Of a DNA stretch of 64,000 bases, positions 1 through 11,050 are shown piece after piece; positions within the stretch are counted from its first letter, which is position 1; every line of letters begins with the position of its first letter. The notes beneath the pieces are model-generated. The model did not search any database. It was not told the origin of the DNA and saw nothing but the letters and a program-made list of their open reading frames with translations. Source of the stretch: Anthoceros angustus (taxonomy: Eukaryota > Plantae > Anthocerotophyta); the NCBI GenBank assembly GCA_010909165.1, contig MU008160.1, positions 1,674,001-1,738,000 of the forward strand, given 5' to 3'. Both the position numbers and the translations under genes were made by a program.

Positions 1-2
1 CG

Positions 3-275
3 AGTACTGCTGTCAAGTCTGGTTCTGCTACGAAGATTGCCAGTGGTATGAAGACCGGAGCTGCGTCAAAGCCTGGTAATGCTTCAGCGGCTGGTATTGC
101 TCCAAGGCCTGGTGCTTCTCCGAAAGTTACTGCGGGCTCCAGAAATATGGCTAATTCAAATGACGAAGATGACGACGCTCCGAAAAGGACTATCAGACTC
201 AAATCTGTATCAGACTTTACCAGTGGTCAGCCTCCTCCTGCTCAAGCCTTTTATAGATCAGGAGTCATCAAGTAA
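3..275 (+). CDS. Possible 3' part of an upstream gene (Ala/Ser/Gly/Lys-rich low-complexity region), unidentified
   Basis: Open frame from the window start to TAA at 273-275 with coding-like third-position bias (gct/ggt/tct). No family recognised. Confidence 0.3.
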   Translation, partial: STAVKSGSATKIASGMKTGAASKPGNASAAGIAPRPGASPKVTAGSRNMANSNDEDDDAPKRTIRLKSVSDFTSGQPPPAQAFYRSGVIK

Positions 276-992
276 ACCACAAGTTACCTCGATGTTATGT
301 GACACGAGAAGGTTTGCTCTGACGGATTTGAGCTAGGCTTGTCAACGGTTGGTGCCTCGCACCGTGCTGGTGGGGTTCCAAACTGTTTGTAAGATGATTC
401 TGCTGTCACGGGTGGAAAGCCTTCTGCAGGGCAGCCACCCTTTCATGCATCAGGGAAATGGTGTACAAGTCACACGGGGCTGGAATTCGTCATGGGCAAA
501 TCAAAACCAGCAGCGTAGTTTTTCTTGTGAAGACTTGTCAAGCAAGCTGTCATCCCCATCGGTTACAAGGTCAAGACTTTCTAGGACATGGCCACAATAT
601 TCTTTTCGGGGCTTCAGCCAGCCGTACTCTGAAGGAATCTCTGCCCTGGTGATGGTGCTGTCTGGTTGACACAGTTCTGGGTACTTCCCATGGCGCACAA
701 TCCCCCGCCCAAGTTTGCCATCAACGTTTGGAGGTTGAAATGATCAGTGAGAAGCGTTGCATCAGATAGCGCAAACTATTTTGTATACACGAGCTGGTGC
801 TAGTGAGGGTTGTGCTGGATCCTCAACATGGAGATATCTTGCCGGTCCTACTCCTGCTCGTGTTTTGCTCCTCTTCACGTTTCAGGGATTCCTTGTCATG
901 TGTCACGGTAAGTATTATAGGTATCTAGTTATGTCTACTTAAACCTAACTGTAAACAAAATTGTTTCGGTTTGGGTTCCGCGCCCCTCGGTT

Positions 993-3900
993 CTAGAATA
1001 TTTCCCCTCTCCGCGGCTGGCCGGACGGCGGTTGGTCCCAACGTGATTCGCTCATTAGTCGTCCCGAAGCAGGAGTGGGACTTGGCGCCACTTGATACAT
1101 AGTCGCATAGCCGATGCCTGCGTGGTGAGGGGACACCGAATCCCTTCTGAATCTCTTGGGATCGTCTTGCGTTTCCCTCTGCGTGTGGCTCCTCCTCGTC
1201 GGGGATGTCTTGGGATCGTCTTGCGTTTCCCTCCGCGTGTGGCTCCTCCTTGTTGGGGATGTCTTGGGATCGTCTTGCGTTTCCCTCCGCGTGTGGCTCC
1301 TCCTTGTCGGGGATGTCTTGGGATCGTCTTGCGTTTCCCTCCGCCTGTGGCTCCTCCTTGTCGGGGATGTCTTGGGATCGTCTTGCGTCTCGCTCCGCCT
1401 GTGGCTCCTCCTTGTCGGGGATGTCTTGGAATCGTCTTGCGTCTCGCTCCTCCTGTGGCTCCTTGTCGGGGATGGGCTTCCAGGTCTCTTCTTATGAGAA
1501 TGACGACTCGTTGGTCTCCGGCTGCTGTGCCGTGGCGTTTCCTGCTCCTTGCTCTTGCTGGGCGCAGACCACGAGATATCTACGCCCAGCTCTCCCATCG
1601 CCTTTTCTATGCGGATTTGCAAGTCCTTCGCAGCAAGGTCAGCCTGTCGTTGTGGATCGCTCGGCTGTGTCACCCACCTGTTTATGTTGTCCTGTGGGAT
1701 CTCCATCCATCTGGCCTGAAACTGGGAGCTTGCGCCCACACCGATGTTGAAGCCTTGGTTTGACTTGACTGAAGGAGACAAAATTGTTGTCCTCTGCCCG
1801 GTAGGGTTGGAATTCGAACCTGAATCACTGGGAACAGAGGTGCGTGTCGGGGTTGCAATCCTTGCATGGTGGATTTCTCTAGGGCCCACCCGGACCTCGT
1901 CCTGCCCTGCCTTGTCCACCTCGCCGGGTTTAGTGATTCCGCGGTCTTCAACCACCTGCATGACATTTCCACATTCTGCATCCTGGGGCTCTGCTGAAGT
2001 CCAAAGATGACTTGTCAGCCGGACCTGAGGTTCTTCTCCTTCAGGCTTTTGCTCCCTTGCAAAGGTCTCTGTTGCACCTGCGAGGACAAGTTCAGCATTG
2101 CTTGCAATAGACAGTGAGCTGATTGGATCAGTTGGTGTGCTGTGCGGTTCTGTACTAGCATCACGTGAGCTGTCACCCTCCGCAGCAAGCCAACCAGGGG
2201 TCACATCGTCTGCTTCCAGACAATGGTAGCTGTCCCTGACCTGCTGAGGTTGGGAATGAAATGGTCGAGGAGCTGGAATGTCGGAGGCAGCCCACGGATC
2301 AAGTGTTGGACGACCGTACTCCCAAGGTGGCAGACCTTGACAAACTGGAGGGCCCGGATAGGGTGATGGGAAGGCAGGCCGAATCGGCCACTGAGAAGCT
2401 GGCCCAACTGGTGAACAGAATAGTGCTTGCCTAGGATCTCCGAGGTGGACAGTAGGGTCCTGACGGAATTGGGATGGTGGTCCAAAGCAAGGCGTAGGTG
2501 GATATGATGGCCTAGGATCTCCAACGCGGATAGGAGGTTCCTGACGGAATTGGGATGGTGGTCCGAAGCAAGGCGTAGGTGGATATGGTGGCCTAGGATC
2601 TCCAAGGTGGACAGGAGGTTCCTGACGGAATTGGGATGGTGGTCCGAAGCAAGGCGTAGGTGGATATGGTGGTCTAGGATCTCCAAGGTGGACAGGAGGT
2701 TCCGGACGGAATTGGGATGGTGGTCTGAAGCATGGCGTAGGTGGATAAAAGTCTCTCTCCCAAGGCTGGCGTTGTCTGCCGAAACCACTGAAAGGATTTC
2801 CAGGTCCGACTGGTTGCGGGTCCTGCCAATGAGGTGGAGGGCCAAAACTTCCAAAAGCCTTTTCCAGTTCCGCGTGTCGAGCCTGGTCGTGCATGTGGGC
2901 CAGCATTGGCTGCTGGTTCTCCCAGTTGGAAGTGGTGGCACCAGTCACATGGAACGGCTCGATGACCAGCTGATTGCCGGCCAGTACTAGCGGCCTGGTC
3001 AGGAATGTCAAGGCCTTAACAGCTCCTGGCTTCCTCAGCTGTGCCTTCGCAGAATCTGCACCGCCGTCGTATTCCAGATGTTTTAAGATGCACTTCCCTT
3101 TCTCAAGCAAACCAGCCTGTGCCAGTGCCACCTCGAACACCTCAGCTAGGGCTCCGGTTACAGGAGCTGGAGTGAGGCTTTTCCCCAAACCCCTCACGAG
3201 GACAAAGTTTTCTGTATCCTTCGTACTTTTCTCCAAGCCTTGTCCTCTGGATATCACGTTAGACCCTTCCTCAGCCTTGGTAGACTCCCCTGCGTAGATG
3301 GCGCCAGGACGGACATATTCGCCATGCCTTGTCAAGGTGAGCGGGACACTGCTAGCACTGAACTCTGCTGTACTGTCAACATAGAACTCCATGAGGGTAT
3401 CCGCAAGTTCTTGAGAGGCTAATACTAATGAAACTCGACGCTTCGAGCTTTCTGATCCACGACTCCAAGAGACCCGTCTGAGCCCTTCTGGTTTGTACTT
3501 GCTGCCGGTGGCCTTCTTCAAGAGCTTTCTCACTTCCTGTTCAAGGTTCCCTAGAACATCACCAGGTAACTTTGGCAGATTGACCACTTCAAGTGTTGCC
3601 TGTGGGTTTGGTGGCTGACAGAAGGCAAGCAAAGGAACAAATCTCGCATGACGGCAGATGAATGTAGAGCTAGACAATATCTCCAAGGTGTGAGGATCTC
3701 TGGTCCCACACCTGTAGAAGAGAGCATCAGCAAGCGCCTCGGATGCAAGTTGCACGAAGACATCTGGGAGGTCTGGCTGTGAATACACTCCTGGCACCAG
3801 CTTTGCAACTTCATTGGAGTCCCTGTTCCTGGGAGGGCCATCGCCTACTATGTCTGCGAAAAATTTGCGGAGTGCAGTGGCATCCCGCCACTTTGGAGGA

Positions 3901-5863
3901 ACATTGCTGACCAAGACTGTGCCTGAAGGGGGCAAGCGCTGCTGCATAAACTGCCCCAGAAAGTGCTCCATGCAAGGTGCTCCTTTCGAAGTGTGAACCA
4001 CATACTTCCTGGCCGTCAACTGATGTCCATTCCAGACCATCTTCTCAGGCTCAGCTATACATGCATCCAGGAAAATGGCAGCAGCTGTTTCACTCTCAAA
4101 AGATATAGTGGCGTCGTCGTCTCTGTCAGTTGGCAAAGGGTGGATGCTGAACTGGTTGGTAGCGGTGGGAACCCAGTGAAAGCCAGAGAGAACGTTTTTC
4201 ACAATTCTTTCCAAACCACCTGTTGGCAGACCAAGCTTGCCACGTATGTAGATGGACTTCGAATCATCCCACACCCCAAACGGTAGCGGTAAGTGACTTT
4301 GCACCAAAGGAGGAGGACCAAACCCAGGAGGAGGAGACACTCCTCCTCGAGCCGCAAGTGGTTCTGGCTTGGGCAAGATTAGCTCAAACTTCGCAGGAGC
4401 AATAACTGGAACCAAATCCACGTTATTGTTCAACGGTGCTGGAGTTTCTTCATTCAGAACAGGACCTGAAGCCGGTGTCATACCTGGGAACAACAATCTA
4501 CCAACTATCAGCAGCTTGAAAATGGCAAACATACACAGACTAAGCATTGCCAGCATGAAAACAGATACTCCAACCCACGTCAATGTGATCCAAAAAACAC
4601 CTGAGCAAGGCCTGAACGAATTGGGCGCCCCAGGTACAGCGGCTGGAGCCTGGGGCACGTTTGGGTCAGTAGAATCGGTATAAAAGGGTGGAACGAAGGC
4701 AACCCTCATGCCGGCAAATCGCTGTGCAAGCAAACTCTGAGGTCCCCGAACCTCGTCAGTTCTTCCGTCTTGTGCACCACCAGCCCTTGAGATCCAGGGT
4801 GCACCAGCCTCTGCACCTTGTGCACCTGCATTTGCTTGTGCGTTTCCATTTGCTTGTGACAATGCTGGTGCCTCTGTCTCTGGGTTTGGCTTGAGCTGTG
4901 GCTTGGGCTTGGGCTTGGGCTGTGGCTTAGGCCTTGACTTCGGCTCTGGCTTCACCTTACTCGTGGTACTCAGCTTCCCCTTGCCCCTCGCCTGTACCCG
5001 CTCAGAGTCTCCCACCCGTCTGACTGCACCTTCACAACCTTGAGCCCCGCCGAGGGAAGCTACATGCTGGCTCCCCTGCTGCTGATCTGCCCTAACAGGG
5101 TCTGCTACAGCCACCGGGCGGCTTGCATTAGGAGGCGGACTTTCAATCACGCCACTTGTCCTTCTTCTCTTGCGCTGGTACACCAGCGGCAACGAATCCT
5201 CCGCCTCAGCCTCCCCTCCTTGATCCCCTGCTTTCTCACCCGACCCGGTCCCCGCAGCACAGCCCGGCCCAGCCTGCTTCGAGTCCTTGCATGCACTGGT
5301 AGGTACCGAATTCCCGGTCCCCGACCGCAGATCCTTCGCAGCCAAACATTTGCCTGATTCCCCCCCGTGCGTAGAAGCCGAACAGTCCTGCACAAGCTCA
5401 AACAAGAACCCCACGTAATATCGATGTGTGCGCGTAGAACCACACGTACCAGCATTGAAGTTCTGGTGCTCGTGCTCAGCATGGAGGCCCCGGCTACATA
5501 CCTTGCCGACATGGTTGTCACTGGATCCATGAAGGATGGTGTCCACAACAACCGAGTACTCGTCCTGCTTGATGAATTCCCAGCCGCCCTCCTTGTAGAC
5601 CTGCAAACGATACTCCAAGTCCACAATAAACGCATTCTCCGTCTCTCCGAGACAAGCGAACCACCACCACTTAGTACCTTTCTCCGTCTCTCCGAGCCAA
5701 GAAAATCACCATTACCACCTACCTTGCGCAACTCCGCAAGTGCGTTCAGGATCGCGTCCTTCTCGAAGCCCATTCCCTCCAGATGCTCCACTGCAATTGC
5801 TGTGCGCTCGGCGGCCTTGCGAGATAGTCGCCGCCCGGCGCCAGGAGCCCTGGGAGGTGCCAT
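993..5863 (-). CDS. WIYLD-domain + four divergent RRM protein with Pro-rich and Arg/Ser-rich repeat tail (paralog 1, about 1505 aa)
   Basis: Exons 5863-5723, 5600-5502, 5387-4601, 4483-993, all GT-AG with consistent phase. The spliced N-terminus RTAIAVEHLEGMGFEKDAILNALAELRK|VYKEGGWEFIKQDEYSVVVDTILH fits the WIYLD pattern. Four RRM-like units lie at about 4265-2950. Core is homologous to 29543-35724. Confidence 0.8.
1155..1475. repeat. Coding tandem repeat, 54-nt unit, about 6 copies (RRSHTRRETQDDPKTSPT)
   Basis: gggatgtcttgggatcgtcttgcgt recurs at 54-nt spacing (1202, 1256, ...). ETQDD occurs six times in the translation. Confidence 0.95.
2430..2750. repeat. Coding tandem repeat, 81-nt unit, 4 copies (PPYPPTPCFGPPSQFRQEPPVHLGDPR)
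   Basis: cctgacggaattgggatgg starts at 2459, 2540, 2621 and (variant) 2702. Confidence 0.95.
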
Positions 5864-6453
5864 GGGGTTTCCACCTGCCTGCGGAGATAAATTCGTCCCA
5901 AAGGTCACCTGACGATTGCCGGAAAGAGCTTGGAGTCGGCCATCGCCTTCTCTCGTGAGCTCCAAATTTGAAGAAACCTTGGCGGCTGCAGACGGGGCGT
6001 GATGATGAGAGAAACGTGCCCGAGCACATCCTGTTCCCGTTAAGAGAAGAGACGGACCCGCGATTTTCACGATCCGTCGAAAGGTCAGTTACTGCGACGT
6101 ACTCCCGCTCCGGCTCCGGGCGTGAAGCGCGCGGCGTGTGTTACGCTCACTTGAGCCGACAAGACGCCGAGGCGATGGCGAGAGACTTGCTGATCGAAGA
6201 ATTCGAGACTCTGTGAATTCCTGGATACCCTAGAAGAAATCAAGCGAGCTTCTGATCGGTCATGAACTCGCGAAGATCGGTCATGAAGTCGCGAATCAAC
6301 ATGGATGTCAGTCTCCTGAATCTTGAGCACGAAGAGCGAAGCGGCAGCTACAAGCGCTGGCAGTGACTGACTGCCTCAAGACTCCGAGTCGGACCGCTCC
6401 CGCTTGCGCCCGGCGTCTTTTTCCAGGCACATTCGGGACGTCTGCTTCGGAGA

Positions 6454-7009
6454 ATGGCTTCAATGCCTGACTCAGAGCCGGAAATTCCACTCGCGTCTGC
6501 CATTCGAGAGGTAAAAGGTCGAGGTGGTTGTGCTGTTGTGCGCGTCGTCATCTAGAAGATCTGACCTGCCCTGCCCGCATTTTTCTTCTATAAATCGGCA
6601 GCTGGTTGGAGAGATGAAACTCCACTATGAGCAGTTGCGAGCTCTGGAGCAGCGAGAGATCGAAGTGGTTGGGGAATTCAAAAGGTTACGGGAGATGGTG
6701 GAGAAGAGACTTGCCCCCATCGCGGAGCCAGGCCCTAGCTGGAAGCTCGAGTCGGATATCATTCGGGCAATGGTTCCCTCCTTCATCTCGTGTGCAGGTT
6801 TAGTCTCCGTGTCAGCTATAGCGTTTGGAGCAGGCAAGGTCGGTCTGCGGGGGTACTACTTAACCTTTAGTGCAATGTGCATGGTTTTCTTTATGGCGGC
6901 TCTCATGTTTCGGAAAAGCGGTGTGGCATGCACTATGCTGTATCTGGGTATACTCACACTAGTGCCTGCCTTGGCGCCCTTCAGCCGGTCGCTTCTTAGG
7001 GAAGGGTAG
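6454..7009 (+). CDS. Small uncharacterised membrane protein (coiled coil plus 2-3 TM segments, about 154 aa)
   Basis: Exon 6454-6510 (MASMPDSEPEIPLASAIRE), intron 6511-6601 (GT..AG, phase 0), exon 6602-7009 with a charged helix followed by hydrophobic segments. A diverged copy of exon 1 sits at about 23790-23855. Confidence 0.55.
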
Positions 7010-7048
7010 ATTCTGTTGCACTCTGTTAACGAAGAGTAGGAAGTAACT

Positions 7049-7107
7049 TTGCAAGCTCGTCTCTGCAAGCTTTGCAAGCTCGTCTCTGCAAGCTTTGCAA
7101 GCTCGTC
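7049..7107. repeat. Short tandem repeat (tttgcaagctcgtctctgcaagc, about 2.5 copies)
   Basis: Directly visible 23-nt duplication. Confidence 0.85.
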
Positions 7108-7326
7108 GACGTGGGCAGCTCATGCTTTCAGAAGCGTCTAGACTCGAGGTGACTGATTAATATACGGTTTGAACTGAATGCAAGATTAGATGGTACAAAC
7201 ATGATACAGAACAACGTATCATAAAAACATATGAGACTCATACATTTTTATACTACGTTGTTGCTTCACACAAAGCCTGCCAATCCACTCACTTCAGCTT
7301 GAGACGTAGCTGCAGGTGCTGACTAC

Positions 7327-10300
7327 CTAGGCGACGCCACCAGCTCGAAGTTCCATCACATCATCTGCGTTACCTGTGCCCGGGTGTTGTGCTTCCTTGC
7401 TGGTCTTTCTTTCAGGCCTTCTTCGGAACCGGGTCCACAGCAGGAGACCTACAGTTGCGGCAAGAGCCCACCATAGCTGTTCCCTTCTGTTGCTGCCACT
7501 CCTGTTGGGCTCGGTAGGCGCTTTGGTTTTAGGTTGAGACCGGGATTGGGCAGAAGCCGCTTGTTGTGTCTCACGAGGATCAAGCTCTCCCTGTACTGAT
7601 TTTCTGGCAGGGTACTGGCCGCAGGTGATACAGAACGTTTGATCTGGGGAGGAGAGCTGGTAACCGCAGGCAAAGCACGGGTCCGAACCCCACCTCGTCG
7701 TCCCTGGAGGTGGGCTATCCTTGAACACTCGCTTGAAGGTGAGATAGTAGTTGAGGTGCTCGGCGTCCCGGATCTGAACGTCGTCCAGCTTCTCGATGAG
7801 GTTCACTGCTGTTTGTAGAGAAGACGGAGTTAATCTTTTCGTATAAAAACTTGGAAGAACTGTGGTTCCACAGCCCACCTGGACAGGACGGGACAAGCAC
7901 TGCTGTCAGCAACGAAAAGTGACGTGACCGGAGTTTGAGCAACAAGAGCTTATTTGAAAGGACTAATGTGAGCAACAAGGACATGTGTGAACAACAGGAT
8001 CTGATATTAGCCATGCATACCCGTTTCTTCACACTGGATGTAAGAAAGAACATACACTCCGGGAACTCAGTTCTCTCGTCCTTGAAATTAGCCAGAGGTT
8101 TAGGGTTACGAATTTCCAACCTCTATGGGGTCCTTTCTCCTCCATGCAGAATACACTCCTGGGAATGCTTCCCTCAGAATGAGCTTCCCGTGAACGTCTG
8201 AGCCGTTCCCCGCAACCCCGATTAGGTCGGCTCTGGAGAGCTTTAATGCGTACTTGCGAACCTTGGGGTGCAAATACGGCTGACGAACCTGCATCATGCC
8301 GATCATCGAAACTTCAGAACCGATTTGGGTTCCACCAAGCCGGAGGTGGAGCATGAGAGTCATGTAACCTCAATCCCCAATGCCGCTCCCAGTGGCACAG
8401 CAGAGAACTGCATGACGTTGACGATATGCTTTCGGTAGCTGTTGAACCTCTCTTCTGGCATAGAGTGAATGAAGTTGTACCTGCACAGAACGAGAATGTC
8501 AGCCGAGGGTAAATGTTCTTGCGGCATAACATGAATCGGGGCAGAACATGGGATGACATCTCACCCCGCAAACAGCTCATCTGCACCGTCACCAGTGACA
8601 ACAGAAGTAAAGCCCCGGCGCTTTGCCTCTCGCAGTGCAGCCGCAATAGCTACAGAATTTCGTATCTGAAAGCACTCAGAAGGGCCACGTTCAGAACTGC
8701 AGCTGGATGGATGTGGAACACTGAAACCAGTGGAGGCATCTCAAGACAATGGAACCAGATGGAGAGTACTACCTCCATGGGATCGAATGTCTTCAGAGTC
8801 TTGACAACAAACTCAAGCTCCTGTTCCAGAAGAGTGACTGCACTGTCTTCCCCTGCTCCACCGATGACCACATGTTCCATCCCACACCGCTTGGCCACGG
8901 CCTGAGCGTATGGCCCATCTGTTGCTGCACTACCTGCTATTACAGTGATGCCTACCCTGAATGCCCCAGGACGAAGCAGAGACGCCCCCTCTGCTAAGAT
9001 GGACGTGTCGAGCCCTCCGCTGAGCAGTAAACAATCTGCTGGTAGCATCTTTCCAAGACTCTCTAACACAATCTTTCGAGCCACAGTTGCTTTCTTGGAC
9101 AGTGCCGCCAGTCCAACTGAGGGGACATCAGGGAGGGGCATCGGGCTCTGGCACAATCTGGCATCTTGAGGCCTGGAGACATCTACAGCAGGTTGAGGTC
9201 CACTCTTTTTCAACTCTGTACTTTTAGAAGGATCTGGCCAGATCTGCCTGCGGCTAGATGGAGTATCACCTCTCGGGTCATTATCTGACTCTGCATCTAC
9301 GAGTCTAGCTTTAGCTGCAGCCTTCTCAGTGGATGTCCACAAACTGGACAGTATATCACTTCCATCAGATAAGGACGACAGTGATTTCCTGAGAACTGGT
9401 GGAGTCGTTGCAAGAGCATTGTCCTGCTCAGAGCGTCCAGTTTCATATGCAGAGAGGATCTTCGGACTCGGTTCACCCAACACCCTCTCCCTATCTACTT
9501 CAAAATGTTTGCCACATTCCACTTCCTGTACCTGGCTGAAAGGTCCACTTCGACTCTCCACTGTAGAACCCATGTCTTCCTGAGGCATGATCTCATCAGA
9601 GGCAGTTGGCTCAACTCCTTGGTGTCCTTCACCAGCATCTTCCCTAGGGGTTCTCTCCACGACTTCAACCACATTCCTAGATCCTGGTGGAGAAGTCCAG
9701 CCTTCAAACGGATTCACAAAGTGACCATCCCTGGGAGTTTCTTGTACAACATCTCCACCCCGGCCATTGGGCCCATTGGCTACCTCCTTTCCCCGCTCAC
9801 CAAGAAAAGTGAGAGACACAAATGTGTCCCATCGCACAAACCCCTTCCCTTCATATCGGAAGGCCCCATTATCATGACCTGACCCATGCAAAATCTCAGC
9901 CATGAGTTCTGCAGAGTCCACAACACTTGCGCCAGAATTGTTGAAGTACCTGCTACAGCAAAGATTCACTTGCTCAGAATTCTTTTCAATCAAGGGCATC
10001 ATCTACACTACAACTCTACCAGTGAGTCGGTCAGTACCTAACCTGTCACCATCAGCAAGAAAGACTTTCTCTGCTTTCACTGCCCGCAGATGTCGCCACT
10101 CTATGTGACTCTCCAGCTGTGCCATTTCTTTCCCAGCCTTTTCAATGCCAAGCCCGCAGCACATCACCACCACCACGTCAGGATCACTCGCCAGCAAACT
10201 GTGCCAGGAGATCACAGGAGTAGGGCCACCGACATCACCAAACAGATTCACGCCTCCAGCACAAGTCACAATTTCCGGAACCCAGAACCCTGCTCCCATC

Positions 10301-11050
10301 AGTGGATCCAACCATTGCAGACAGGCCACCGAGACAGGAGGCACCCATTTCAAAGTCCTCAATTGAACATTCCTCCATCGTGCCTTGAGCTGCTGTACAA
10401 ACACCTCACCCCGTGTATGTGCAGCACAGGAATCGGCAATCATCTGAATGTTGTCAAACACATCCGCTATCTGCACCACCCACGAACATCAGTCTTACTT
10501 CTCAAGGAAACACAGTCTGCATTCACACCCACAAACACTCCACATATTACTCACTCGACGCGGCTTGAGGGACACCACCTTGCACACCCCACTACCGCCC
10601 AACAAAAACAGGCCACAGGCCTTCTCCAAATCATTCAGACTGACTGCACAGACACCGCATTCATCTTGGGTGATGATGACATCAGGCTGGAGCTTCCTGA
10701 GCAGCTCGGCATCCACAGTATACCGTGACAGGCCACGCTCAACCAGGTGCCGAACCTGCCAATCACCCACAAATATCATTGTAGTGCCACAACATCCAAC
10801 TCCCACAAGAAACTACATTACCAGAACCTGCTTCTCAAAGCACCTGTGCATCAATCTGGCCGCTGGCCAACTGCTCTGGGTCCTGCCCTAGCGCATGTGC
10901 CGAGACACAAGGGAGATTCAACACGGAAGGCGGCCGCTTGCATTCATGTGAACGTCCCACCAATAGATGCTGCAACCCCAGCCCATAGATAACCTCTGTC
11001 GCAGCCCCAAGCAAAGACACGACCCTTGGCCGTGGCCCTTCGATGGTCAT
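7327..11050 (-). CDS. Fusion protein: BtuF-like (cobalamin/Fe-siderophore class III) substrate-binding domain + disordered linker + asparagine-synthase-like PP-loop domain + Cys4 zinc finger + C-terminal TM anchor (about 980 aa; start could lie further upstream)
   Basis: Eight exons with consistent phases: 11050-10844, 10755-10555, 10470-10043, 9949-8773, 8665-8565, 8480-8369, 8288-8121, 7878-7327. Binding-protein motifs RVVSLLGAATE..LVGRSHEC, CLQWLDPLMGAGFWVPE, DPDVVVVMCCG, DGDRYFNNSGASVVDSAELMAEILH. Synthetase motifs LLLSGGLDTS, DPME|IRNS, TGDGADELFAG|Y, KLILREAF. Also CFACG..FCITCG and LWWALAATVGLLLW followed by basic residues. Confidence 0.85.

Noticed and set aside
640-770. Minus-strand LLTDHFNLQTLM resembling a Gypsy RNase H TDH motif
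   Set aside because: Isolated short match with no flanking RT/RNase H motifs in any frame.
1155-2750. Regularly spaced repeats as a possible CRISPR-like array
   Set aside because: Units are contiguous, multiples of three and in frame within a eukaryotic CDS, with no unique spacers.
4484-4600. Apparent transmembrane helix in the 1543-aa ORF
   Set aside because: It coincides exactly with a T-rich GT..AG interval at the same position and phase as an intron in the paralog. Treated as an intron, not a constitutive TM domain.
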